A stretch of DNA of 64,000 bases from Amphiscolops sp. MND2022. Its lineage: Eukaryota. How positions within the stretch are numbered: position 1 is the first letter of the stretch; the number at the start of each line of letters is the position of its first letter. The stretch is taken from positions 94,800,001-94,864,000 of the forward strand of contig OZ076409.1 of the NCBI GenBank assembly GCA_964187785.1. The letters run 5' to 3'. A program made the position numbers and the translations under genes. The notes under the pieces are model-generated. The model worked only from the letters and a program-made list of their open reading frames with translations. It was not told the origin of the DNA and made no database searches. Positions 51,395-64,000 of the stretch are shown here, piece after piece.

Positions 51395-53004
51395 GAAAGC
51401 AAATTTTGACTTCTCACTTAACATTCATATTGAATGAGTGCATTTATGAAAGTGTCTTTCCTACGATGTTAAAGAGAGCGACTATAACCCCCATCTTCAA
51501 AAAAGATGACATTCTAGATCCCAAAAATTATCGTCCCATCTCGATTACAACAACGTTCTCCAAAATCCTTGAAAAATGTATTCATAGGCAAATTACAGCT
51601 TACATTGAAGAAAAAAATCTCCTCGCTCCACTCCAATTTGGTTTTAGGAAAAAAGTATCAGTAGAAGATGCTGTTTTGTTTTTCACCGAATCGGTTCAAC
51701 AGGAAATTCAGGATGGAAAGATAGTTCATGCAGTCTTGCTGGATTTATCAAAAGCCTTTGACTCACTTTCACATGAAATCCTTTTGTCTAAACTCAAGTC
51801 TCTTGGTTTCTCATTTTCGGCCATCAACTTTATAAAAAGTTTCCTCAGTGATAGACTGCAGCAGGTTTCATTGAACGGTGTCAAATCGGATTGGATAGAA
51901 CTGAAACAAGGCGTTCCCCAGGGCACTATTTTAGGACCACTGCTCTTTAACCTATATGTCAATGACCTGACTGGACAGATAACGGAGGATGCTCGCATTA
52001 TCCAGTACGCCGATGATTGCTTGCTTTTTTGTAGTCACCAGGACCCTGACATTGCTTTGCAATGTTTGCAAACAAATATTTTGAAACTTGAAAGTTACTT
52101 TAAGTCCCATCGACTAAATTTGAATGGTAGTAAAACAGAATTCATAACTTTTTCCCGAAAAAAAGACAAGAGACAGCTAGACTCCGAAACAGTTGTCGTG
52201 TGCTCCTCAGTTGTCAAAAAGAAATGTGAATGTAAATATCTTGGAATAACGTTAGATCAACACTTGACTTTCCAAACCCAGGTAAAAAAGGTTCTGAAAA
52301 ACATGGCAGTTGGAATAAAAACTATTGAATCTATACAACACAAATTTCCGACCACAGTCTTAGTCATGCTTTTCCACGCGCTAATAATCAGTCATTTCGA
52401 ATACTCTGCGATTTTTTCGACTCAAATATCCCCTCCTTTGCTACTTTCCCTTGAGAAACAGATGAACTGGGCATTAAAATCTGTCTACTTCCGTTCGAGC
52501 TTTAAATCGGCGAGTGATCTGAGAGAAAAAAAGAAAATAATTGGAATAAAGCAACTTATCGATTTGAAATCTCTAGTATTTCTGTTCCAATATCTCAAAA
52601 ACACTAAAAAAGCCTTCCAGAGCTCTTTAAAGTTACCTACGGCGATTTTCAGGTGGAACGATCGCACTAATCAGATAATTTACGTGGGAAGTCATGTATC
52701 TCTTTTTTCCTTCTTTCATCATTCTTCTTCGAAGTGGAACTCACTACCGTTGTACTTAAGAGACACTAGTATAAGTCTACACACATTCAAAAGTCGTCTC
52801 AGAAGGCATCTAACTTTGGAAAGTAGTCGTATGCCTATCCATACATCTCATACTTGGCGTGATTTCCGCTTCACCTGATTTATCGCTCTGTAAAACTTGA
52901 AAAAATCATTTATGCTTCAGCATAAATCAATCTACACTTATTGTATACTGGCACCAGCTATCCCTATACAATAATACAGTGTTTTCTCTCTCTCTCTCTC
53001 TCTC
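51395..53004 (+). mobile_element. 5'-truncated LINE (CR1/L2/Crack group) with open RT frame and (TC)n tail
   Basis: ORF 51286-52878 has NYRPIS, QFGFR, DLSKAFD, GVPQGTILGP, QYADD, KYLG and WNSLP, and no endonuclease. (TC)n at ~52985-53004. The 5' boundary is approximate. Confidence 0.9.
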
Positions 53005-55006
53005 AAATAATAGTAACAACCAATCAAATCAAATTGCAGTATTTCATAACTCTAACTGCAACTGAAACTCATCGCTGATAGAGGGGGGGGGGTTGGAATT
53101 TCTGCGCTTACTGTGGAGGGGGAATTAACAGGAAAGATCCCGGAAGTGTATCAGTCAAAAGCGCGATAATAGTTATCTATTATAGCTGGAGGGTCGAAAA
53201 TGATTAGAAAGTTTGATAAACAAGTGAAAGTTCCGAAGGTTTCAGAAGAATTCAACAAAATAAGGAAGCGTCAAACGTTTGGGTATCGTGGAAAACTGTA
53301 ATGAATAACAAACTAATAGCTACAATGGGTATCAAGTGGTAAAAGATGGTCACAATCGCTCATCTCATCACACTTTGTTGGGCGCTTGAAATGTAGATTT
53401 GCAAATAATGAAGAAAACTCTCAACTTCATATTTATGATTGTACTTATTATTTTCCGCCCACATGTAATGGGGGAGGAAAATCATGATTTGTGTCGCGTT
53501 TTTTTCCAAATTCTGCCAAATCTCCTCCCAGTTCCTCCATCGACTTCACTTACAGTTCATCCACTACTTGGCTATTTTATATAGTAACTTGACTATTTTA
53601 GTTGCTTGAACTCCACTTGCCAAATCTACACCATGACGCAGGTGGTAGCGCGTCTGCCTGGTAGACACGAGGTAGTGGGTTCGAACCCGGGCTCAAGCGT
53701 TCATTTTTAGGGTAGTGCTTAGCGGGCGTCTTAGCGTACTATTACTCAATTCGCATGTGTGACATCATTTCGGCCATTTTGTAATTTCTCAGATCCCAGT
53801 CATACGATTTTGATGCCATTGCGCACATAGAACACAAATATGGTGTTGAAGGACTGATAAAACTTTCGTTCAAATTATATGCAGTTTTTGAGAAAATCGA
53901 AAAACGTCCAAAAATAGCCGTGTTTTGGTCATTTTTGGACTAATTTCGGCTATCTTTCTCAGATCCCAGTCATACGACTTCGATGACATTGCGCACACAG
54001 GAGCACCTTTGGGTGTAAAATGACTGTGCTAAAAACCGTATGGACAATTTTTGAGAATTTGGAATTTTCATTGGAAGGTACGAGTTTCATTAGTCGAATT
54101 TTTTCCGACTCCTAAAAAGAAAAGATATCACCATGTAAAATGCCAGCTTTGTTTACATGCAGTCCTAAGTAGTGGGGTGCAATATGCCGTATGATTTGAA
54201 CGGGTCCGGGTCATAACCATATCTTAAAACATGGGGGACCGGCTCAAATTCACTGGTATCGGGTCATAAAAAGTTTGAATTGTTTCAACCTGTCAGGACA
54301 TGTTTATATTCGATATCTTGTTTCAACCTGGTAAAATAAGACAGGGCGTCTCTAAACAAGTCTTCAGTCTGGTCACAGTAGGCAGCTTTCATTTGTTTAC
54401 ATTGTTTTAGAAAACCACTTGAAAAGTCGGTGTTTGTTGTTAAATTTCTGAGATAATCAGACGTATTGTTAAACTGCTCCCTCCTGCATGACATCACCTT
54501 GCTTTTGAGTAGCTTTGAATAATGAAAATATGTGACGAAATTCTTTTGATGTTTTTTGTTTGCAAAGTTCTTTGTTTTGCAAAGAATGAAATCAGGGCGA
54601 GCGTCAACCAAAGCTTCATGCCTTTGTTAAATCCGAACAATTTCTCACAAATTTCTTCGCCTTTGTTTCCATGTTTTTGGTAAAAGTAGAGATCATCTTG
54701 TTGATAAAGTTTTCAGAGGAAAGCTGTTTTCTTTGCCCGTTTTGCAACTATATAATCTAGAAATCAATATAGATAGTCAATTTTCTCACCTTTGATTAGC
54801 GACTTCTTTCAATTTTCTCTCGTACATCCTTGGTGTTTCTCATCTCTTGTTTTGAAGCATTTTTGCATTCAATAATAGAAGTTTTGAATCATCCTTTTTG
54901 CTCACTCATACCTTCAAGTTTTGAATAATTTTTCCCACTCATACTTTAAAGTTTCATATTGATAATTTTGCATTCATCTGGGGAGAAATGATAAACAAAC
55001 AATGGG

Positions 55007-55513
55007 ATGAGAAACCAAAGAATCAGCTCGATAGAAATGCAAGAGATTTTGCTGAAACTGACACCAATGAAATCGGAGACACAGAGAGGGCAAAGAATTC
55101 GTTGGCGAGCAGTCGTCATGGTGGGTGATGGGAGCGGCGATGTTGGATTCGCCCAAAAAATAATGAAAACACAGGAGAGGGCAGTCATGTGCGCTACTGG
55201 AAAAGCATATCGACAGCGTTTCCATATTGCGCTGGGATCGTGGGAATTGAGGAATGTTCATACTATTCCGTTCTATGTAATTGGGATACGAGGAAGTGTT
55301 AGAGTGCACTTGAAACCCGCACCGGAAGGAACTGGATTCCACAGGCCTACTCCCGGAGTTTGCTGTCCGCCTATCGTCAAAAAGATCCTTCGTTTGGTAG
55401 GAGTCAAAGATTGCCTCGTTCGAGTAGAAGGTAACGCAAGATTCTTGTTAAATTTAATTCAAGCTGTTCATAAAGCATTATGTGATTTGGATTCAAATCG
55501 TTTTGTACAGTAA
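55007..55513 (+). CDS. Highly diverged, intronless ribosomal protein uS5 (RPS2)-like ORF
   Basis: TQRGQRIRWRAVVMVGDGSGDVG...GSW...HTIPFYVIGIRGSVRVHLKPAPEGTG...PIVKKILRLVGVKDC parallels eukaryotic uS5 (TRAGQRTRFKAFVAIGD.NGHVG..GYW..HTVP.KVTG.CGSV.VRL.PAPRGTG..KKLL..AG..DC). Confidence 0.8.
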   Translation: MRNQRISSIEMQEILLKLTPMKSETQRGQRIRWRAVVMVGDGSGDVGFAQKIMKTQERAVMCATGKAYRQRFHIALGSWELRNVHTIPFYVIGIRGSVRVHLKPAPEGTGFHRPTPGVCCPPIVKKILRLVGVKDCLVRVEGNARFLLNLIQAVHKALCDLDSNRFVQ

Positions 55514-56019
55514 AAATGCATTTTGAATTTAATAATGCGAAAGTATTGTTTTTTTTTCAAAAACTTCCGAATGCATCAGAAAGTCGGAAAGCAACGGGTA
55601 ACGATTACCATAGCTAGCGAACACAAACTTCAACTCGTATTCACAGGTGTCAATATTCATGGAGTTTTGGAAATTTGCAATTGAAAACGTTGGGGCGAAA
55701 ATCATCTATTTTCTAACACTTTTCATAGCCGAAGCTACTGATAATATTCGGTGAATTGCTCAGATATCATTGAATAGCTGCGAAACAAAAATTTTTTTCT
55801 ACACAATTCATTCCATCAATAACTGCTTTTCAGTTTCAGCTCCAACGTACGTAGAAAAAAAGCCGAAAGGTAAAAAGGTCACCCTAGTGGTGTGTCCGGA
55901 ATCACCTTCAGACTGGAGTCATCCTCGGGGCTCTTATACCGGCTCTGACAGAAGGCTGATGTGTGTGACTGGAGCTTTTTTGATTTTCTTCGTCGCGTTT
56001 CCTGCATGCTTACTATATA

Positions 56020-59000
56020 CAGAAGATAGACTGCATATACCCTATATATGCTTGTGTACAACCAATCTTAGACTCTTTTGACATGTGGTATGCTACTGTA
56101 TAATGAAACATAGACTGCATATACCCTGTATATGCTTGTGTATATCAAATCTTAGATAGTTTTGGCTTACGGTATGCTACTGTATAATGAAAGATAGGCT
56201 GCATATATCCCATATATGCTTGTGTAGAACCAATCTTAGACTAATTTGACATGTAGTATGCTACTGTATAATAAAAGATAGGCTGCATATATCCCATATA
56301 TGCTTGTGTAGAACCAATCTTAGACTAATTTGACATGTAGTATGCTACTGTATAATGAAAGATAGGCTGCATATATCCCATATATGCTTGTGTAGAACCA
56401 ATCTTAGACTAATTTGACATGTAGTATGCTACTGTATAATGAAACATAGACTGCATATACCCTATATATGCTTGTGTACATCAAAACTTAGATAGTTTCG
56501 GCTTACGGTATGCTACTGTATAATGAAAGATAGGCTGCATATATCCCATATATGCTTGTGTAGAACCAATCTTAGACTAATTTAACATGTAGTATGCTAC
56601 TGTATATTGAAAGATAGGCTGCATATATCCCATATATGCTTGTGTAGAACCAATCTTAGACTAATTTGACATGTAGTATGCTACTGTATAATGAAAGATA
56701 GGCTGCATATATCCCATATATGCTTGTGTAGAACCAATCTTAGACTAATTTGACATGTAGTATGCTACTGTATAATGAAACATAGACTGCATATACCCAA
56801 TATATGCTTGTGTACATCAAAACTTAGATAGTTTCGGCTTACGGTATGCTACTGTATAATGAAAGATAGGCTGCATATATCCCATATATGCTTGTGTAGA
56901 ACCAATCTTAGACTAATTTGACATGTAGTATGCTACTGTATATTGAAAGATAGGCTGCATATATCCCATATATGCTTGTGTAGAACCAATCTTAGACTAA
57001 TTTGACATGTAGTATGCTACTGTATAATGAAACATAGACTGCATATACCCTGTATATGCTTGTGTATATCAAATCTTAGTTTTGGCTTACGGTATGCTAC
57101 TGTATAATGAAAGATAGGCTGCATATATCCCATATATGCTTGTGTAGAACCAATCTTAGACTAATTTGACATGTAGTATGCTACTGTATAATGAAAGATA
57201 GGCTGCATATATCCCATATATGCTTGTGTAGAACCAATCTTAGACTAATTTGACATGTAGTATGCTACTGTATAATGAAAGATAGGCTGCATATATCCCA
57301 TATATGCTTGTGTAGAACCAATCTTAGACTAATTTGACATGTAGTATGCTACTGTATAATGAAACATAGACTGCATATACCCTATATATGCTTGTGTACA
57401 TCAAAACTTAGATAGTTTCAGCTTACGGTATGCTACTGTATAATGAAACATAGACTGCATATACCATGTATATGCTTGTGTATATCAAATCTCAGATAGT
57501 TTTGGCTTACGGTATGCTACTGTATAATGAAAGATAGGCTGCATATATCCCATATATGCTAGTGTAGAACCAATCTTAGACTAATTTGACATGTAGTATG
57601 CTACTGTATATTGAAAGATAGGCTGCATATATCCCATATATGCTTGTGTAGAACCAATCTTAGACTAATTTGACATGTAGTATGCTACTGTATAATGAAA
57701 GATAGGCTGCATATATCCCATATATGCTTGTGTAGAACCAATCTTAGACTAATTTGACATGTAGTATGCTACTGTATAATGAAACAGACTGCATATACCC
57801 TATATATGCTTGTGTACATCAAAACTTAGATAGTTTCGGCTTACGGTATGCTACTGTATAATGAAAGATAGGCTGCATATATCCCATATATGCTTGTGTA
57901 GAACCAATCTTAGACTAATTTGACATGTAGTATGCTACTGTATATTGAAAGATAGGCTGCATATATCCCATATATGCTTGTGTAGAACCAATCTTAGACT
58001 AATTTGACATGTAGTATGCTACTGTATAATGAAAGATAGGCTGCATATATCCCATATATGCTTGTGTAGAACCAATCTTAGACTAATTTGACATGTAGTA
58101 TGCTACTGTATAATGAAAGATAGGCTGCATATATCCCATATATGCTTTTGTAGAACCAATCTTAGACTAATTTGACATGTAGTATGCTACTGTATAATGA
58201 AACATAGACTGCATATACCCTGTATATGCTTGTGTATATCAAATCTTAGTTTTGGCTCACGGTATGCTACTGTATAATGAAAGATAGGCTGCATATATCC
58301 CATATATGCTTCTGTAGAACCAATCTTAGACTAATTTGACATGTAGTATGCTACTGTATAATGAAAGATAGGCTGCATATATCCCATATATGCTTGTGTA
58401 GAACCAATCTCAGACTAATTTGACATGTAGTATGCTACTGTATAATGAAAGATAGGCTGCATATATCCCATATATGCTTGTGTAGAACCAATCTTAGACT
58501 AATTTGACATGTAGTATGCTACTGTATAATCAAACATAGACTGCATATACCCAATATATGCTTGTGTACATCAAAACTTAGATAGTTTCGGCTTACGGTA
58601 TGCTACTGTATAATGAAAGATAGGCTGCATATACCCCATATATGCTTGTGTAGAACCAATCTTAGACTAATTTGACATGTAGTATGCTACTGTATATTGA
58701 AAGATAGGCTGCATATATCCCATATATGCTTGTGTAGAACCAATCTTAGACTAATTTGACATGTAGTATGCTACTGTATAATGAAAGATAGGCTGCATAT
58801 ATCCCATATATGCTTGTGTAGAACCAATCTTAGACTAATTTGACATGTAGTATGCTACTGTATAATGAAAGATAGGCTGCATATATCCCATATATGCTTG
58901 TGTAGAACCAATCTTAGACTAATTTGACATGTAGTATGCTACTGTATAATGAAACATAGACTGCATATACCCTATATATGCTTGTGTACATCAAAACTTA

Positions 59001-62000
59001 GATAGTTTCAGCTTACGGTATGCTACTGTATAATGAAACATAGACTGCATATACCCTGTATATGCTTGTGTATATCAAATCTCAGATAGTTTTGGCTTAC
59101 GGTATGCTACTGTATAATGAAAGATAGGCTGCATATATCCCATATATGCTAGTGTAGAACCAATCTTAGACTAATTTGACATGTAGTATGCTACTGTATA
59201 TTGAAAGATAGGCTGCATATATCCCATATATGCTTGTGTAGAACCAATCTTAGACTAATTTGACATGTAGTATGCTACTGTATAATGAAAGATAGGCTGC
59301 ATATATCCCATATATGCTTGTGTAGAACCAATCTTAGACTAATTTGACATGTAGTATGCTACTGTATAATGAAACAGACTGCATATACCCTATATATGCT
59401 TGTGTACATCAAAACTTAGATAGTTTCGGCTTACGGTATGCTACTGTATAATGAAAGATAGGCTGCATATATCCCATATATGCTTGTGTAGAACCAATCT
59501 TAGACTAATTTGACATGTAGTATGCTACTGTATATTGAAAGATAGGCTGCATATATCCCATATATGCTTGTGTAGAACCAATCTTAGACTAATTTGACAT
59601 GTAGTATGCTACTGTATAATGAAAGATAGGCTGCATATATCCCATATATGCTTGTGTAGAACCAATCTTAGACTAATTTGACATGTAGTATGCTACTGTA
59701 TAATGAAAGATAGGCTGCATATATCCCATATATGCTTTTGTAGAACCAATCTTAGACTAATTTGACATGTAGTATGCTACTGTATAATGAAACATAGACT
59801 GCATATACCCTGTATATGCTTGTGTATATCAAATCTTAGTTTTGGCTCACGGTATGCTACTGTATAATGAAAGATAGGCTGCATATATCCCATATATGCT
59901 TCTGTAGAACCAATCTTAGACTAATTTGACATGTAGTATGCTACTGTATAATGAAAGATAGGCTGCATATATCCCATATATGCTTGTGTAGAACCAATCT
60001 CAGACTAATTTGACATGTAGTATGCTACTGTATAATGAAAGATAGGCTGCATATATCCCATATATGCTTGTGTAGAACCAATCTTAGACTAATTTGACAT
60101 GTAGTATGCTACTGTATAATGAAACATAGACTGCATATACCCAATATATGCTTGTGTACATCAAAACTTAGATAGTTTCGGCTTACGGTATGCTACTGTA
60201 TAATGAAAGATAGGCTGCATATACCCCATATATGCTTGTGTAGAACCAATCTTAGACTAATTTGACATGTAGTATGCTACTGTATATTGAAAGATAGGCT
60301 GCATATATCCCATATATGCTTGTGTAGAACCAATCTTAGACTAATTTGACATGTAGTATGCTACTGTATAATGAAAGATAGGCTGCATATATCCCATATA
60401 TGCTTGTGTAGAACCAATCTTAGACTAATTTGACATGTAGTATGCTACTGTATAATGAAAGATAGGCTGCATATATCCCATATATGCTTGTGTAGAACCA
60501 ATCTTAGACTAATTTGACATGTAGTATGCTACTGTATAATGAAACATAGACTGCATATACCCTATATATGCTTGTGTACATCAAAACTTAGATAGTTTCA
60601 GCTTACGGTATGCTACTGTATAATGAAACATAGACTGCATATACCCTGTATATGCTTGTGTATATCAAATCTCAGATAGTTTTGGCTTACGGTATGCTAC
60701 TGTATAATGAAAGATAGGCTGCATATATCCCATATATGCTAGTGTAGAACCAATCTTAGACTAATTTGACATGTAGTATGCTACTGTATATTGAAAGATA
60801 GGCTGCATATATCCCATATATGCTTGTGTAGAACCAATCTTAGACTAATTTGACATGTAGTATGCTACTGTATAATGAAACATAGACTGCATATACCCAA
60901 TATATGCTTGTGTACATCAAAACTTAGATAGTTTCGGCTTACGGTATGCTACTGTATAATGAAAGATAGGCTGCATATACCCCATATATGCTTGTGTAGA
61001 ACCAATCTTAGACTAATTTGACATGTAGTATGCTACTGTATATTGAAAGATAGGCTGCATATATCCCATATATGCTTGTGTAGAACCAATCTTAGACTAA
61101 TTTGACATGTAGTATGCTACTGTATAATGAAAGATAGGCTGCATATATCCCATATATGCTTGTGTAGAACCAATCTTAGACTAATTTGACATGTAGTATG
61201 CTACTGTATAATGAAAGATAGGCTGCATATATCCCATATATGCTTGTGTAGAACCAATCTTAGACTAATTTGACATGTAGTATGCTACTGTATAATGAAA
61301 CATAGACTGCATATACCCTATATATGCTTGTGTACATCAAAACTTAGATAGTTTCAGCTTACGGTATGCTACTGTATAATGAAACATAGACTGCATATAC
61401 CCTGTATATGCTTGTGTATATCAAATCTCAGATAGTTTTGGCTTACGGTATGCTACTGTATAATGAAAGTTAGGCTGCATATATCCCATATATGCTAGTG
61501 TAGAACCAATCTTAGACTAATTTGACATGTAGTATGCTACTGTATATTGAAAGATAGGCTGCATATATCCCATATATGCTTGTGTAGAACCAATCTTAGA
61601 CTAATTTGACATGTAGTATGCTACTGTATAATGAAAGATAGGCTGCATATATCCCATATATGCTTGTGTAGAACCAATCTTAGACTAATTTGACATGTAG
61701 TATGCTACTGTATAATGAAACATAGACTGCATATACCCTATATATGCTTGTGTACATCAAAACGTAGATAGTTTCGGCTTACGGTATGCTACTGTATAAT
61801 GAAAGATAGGCTGCATATATCCCATATATGCTTGTGTAGAACCAATCTTAGACTAATTTGACATGTAGTATGCTACTGTATATTGAAAGATAGGCTGCAT
61901 ATATCCCATATATGCTTGTGTAGAACCAATCTTAGACTAATTTGACATGTAGTATGCTACTGTATAATGAAACATAGACTGCATATACCCTATATATGCT

Positions 62001-62190
62001 TGTGTACATCAAAACTTAGGCGTTTTTGGCTTGTAGTACGCTGGTGTTTAATGCCAGATAGACTTCGCATATCCTGTATATGTCCATGTATAGCAAATCT
62101 TAGACGGTTTTGGCCTAGAGTATGGTACTATATAATAAACGAGACTGCATATTCACTGTATAAGCTTGTGTATATCAAATCTTAGATGAT
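56020..62190. repeat. 84-bp tandem satellite (~73 copies), two monomer types, 1590-bp higher-order repeat
   Basis: Type A: GAAAGATAGGCTGCATATATCCCATATATGCTTGTGTAGAACCAATCTTAGACTAATTTGACATGTAGTATGCTACTGTATAAT. Type B: GAAACATAGACTG...CGGCTTACGG. Both array edges are degenerate. Confidence 0.97.
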
Positions 62191-62364
62191 TTTGATATAC
62201 TGTTCAGTTAGATTCTCTCATTACTCAATCCGTTTCGCTGTTGCTCAGCCTATGAAATTGAAGCAAAAACTGATTTCAAGCAGAACTATTAAAGCCACTC
62301 AAAGAATAATATAGCAAACAATATGAGCTTTCATGAACAATACTTTAGTTGAATTATCAAGTTT

Positions 62365-64000
62365 CTATTCGCTGTCGCTCTCCGAATCACTGATTTTGGC
62401 TCTTTTTCTTCGTTTTCTTGGTTCCTCGTCGCTTCCAAAATCCACGTATCGTTCGATATCAAACAGCAAGTTTCTCTCATCCTCTGTATACTGCGCAATC
62501 ACTTGAATATCACTCGAATGGCTACTTTGGGTGTCTGGTGATGCCCTTTTCTCATCTTCATCACAAGATAGAATGAAGCTTTCTAGATCAACATCTTCCG
62601 CTTCATCATCTATGAAAGGATTTTGTGATGCAAGTGACTGCTCGTCATCAGGCTGATCCAAGTCTGCTAAATAGTTGTAGAGTTCTTCTTCCGAATAGCT
62701 TCTCTGATGCAATCCAGGATCCGGTGGTGACCAGTCTAGCATCTGATCGTATGTGTTATCAAACACGTTGGCAGTGCCAGAGCGTTGCTCGTTACTTTCT
62801 TGATCATTGATTGGCAACCACCCGAATGATTGAAATTCGCTCCACGTGGGACTGGGAGGCGTTGAATCTTCTCCCCAGTCATCATCGTCCAGTATATCTT
62901 GAAGAAGCGCCTTGTCTCTGATTGCATAGTGTGCCAATGGCAAACAGGTAACCCCATCTTCTTTAATGTATCGCTTGTCATCAAAGCAACTGAGAGAGAG
63001 TTTATTTGTCCGGATTGTCTGCAGTTGGTGGTCTACTGAACCAATGCGGGTATTGATTGCTCTGAATGATTCCCCAGTGAGTAGAACTCGTCGGTACACT
63101 TCGTGCTTCAGTTTGTTTTGAGCAGACTGAGTGACCCCCTTTGCTGACATTTTTTGTTTTCCACCGTAAAGTATGGAGTACATTTTCGGTTTCAATCCGA
63201 TGAATTCCTGAATTGGAACTCCTCCAAACGCATCCTTGAACTTTAATGTCACCAGCTTTTGTGAATCGTTGTATAGATTATGGGAGAGGGGGTAGTTTGA
63301 CAAGTCAAAATTTTGTCTCAGGTCTCGGTTCGTCTCTAGTTCCTTGTAAAAATCTTTTCCTTTAATTTCGTAAAGCAATGAGTCGGTGTCTGAGTACATG
63401 AGCCGGCAATCAAAGTTTGGCTTCATTACATTGTAATGGAAATTGTACATGTAGTACTTTGCGAGATCAAGGATGCTCGCACCCACGATTGTTGGTTTGT
63501 TCCACAAAATCATTCGCTTCCTCACAATCAAAGCTGCCAAGTTTTGATCAAAGATTTTGAATGCTTGGAATAGGTGATTCGAAGTTTGTTTCTTCACCTC
63601 TTCTTGAGAGCGCACAAAGCGCAAGTTTACTCTCCTTCGCTTACTCTCGAGTGTCTTTCCATAACAGCTATTGTTCATAAGTTTGTAGAATCCTTCTACG
63701 AATTTGTTTTTAGCTTGCTGTCGTTTAGTTGTGTTCAGTTGGATGTAAGGTTTCAACCATTTCGCCTGATGAAACTGAAGTACTTTGTGAACCTTTGTAA
63801 CTTTCATACCCAGACTGACATACAACTTGAGAGTAATATAATGTACAGTATAGTTCGTCCTGTCAGACAGTGTCTGGACCAATTTCCTTGTTTTGCTGCT
63901 GGAATGTAATGAATTGTTTTTTTTTCAGAATGTCTTGTTGCCAAGAGCTCAAGTCTTGATATGAAAAGATCTCCTTGGTAGGCGCCAGTGGAAAATCGCG
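62365..64000 (-). CDS. Protein-primed family B DNA polymerase (Polinton/Maverick/adintovirus type), C-terminal part
   Basis: KLMNNSCYGKT (motif B), YSDTDS (motif C), GLKPKMY, AKG, FDDKRY...LAHY. The upstream DFPLAP motif (63980-63997) is one frame off across an A9 run at ~63917-63925. The gene runs off the window. Confidence 0.9.

Noticed and set aside
54168..54173. AGTAGT as a Polinton terminus
   Set aside because: A hexamer expected by chance; the partner TIR and TSD cannot be checked in this window.
54285..54960. Minus-strand ORF (108 aa) and upstream coding-like fragments divergent from the uS5-like ORF
   Set aside because: No recognisable motif and stops in all frames upstream; it could be a decayed Polinton gene but I cannot support a call.
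56020..62190. CRISPR-like appearance of regular repeats (also 1738-6352, 8268-9820, 15739-16103)
   Set aside because: No unique spacers, head-to-tail monomers, no cas genes, and a eukaryotic context.

Overview
Repeat-dominated, AT-rich eukaryotic (animal-like) genomic DNA, not prokaryotic. It has GT-AG introns and two host genes on the minus strand: a complete 4-exon PRA1-family gene (ARL6IP5/PRAF3-like, 33690-42232) and the last exons of an AVL9 homolog (43789-49269). Almost everything else is mobile or repetitive. There are three satellite arrays (66/76-bp, 32-bp and 84-bp units; two have higher-order structure), a split Tc1 (DD34E) transposon, many non-autonomous Helentron/DINE-like elements, TA-flanked MITEs, and two LINEs. 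A Polinton/adintovirus-type protein-primed DNA polymerase runs off the right edge, and a highly diverged intronless uS5/RPS2-like ORF lies nearby. The most striking element is a decayed ~15 kb Ty3/Gypsy endogenous-retrovirus-like element (15165-30296, minus strand). It has LTRs of at least 2.9 kb, a tRNA-Asn-like PBS and an env-like class I fusogen. Its Pol carries a TARG1/OARD1-type macrodomain in frame between RNase H and integrase. All family assignments are by eye from motifs; no searches were run.
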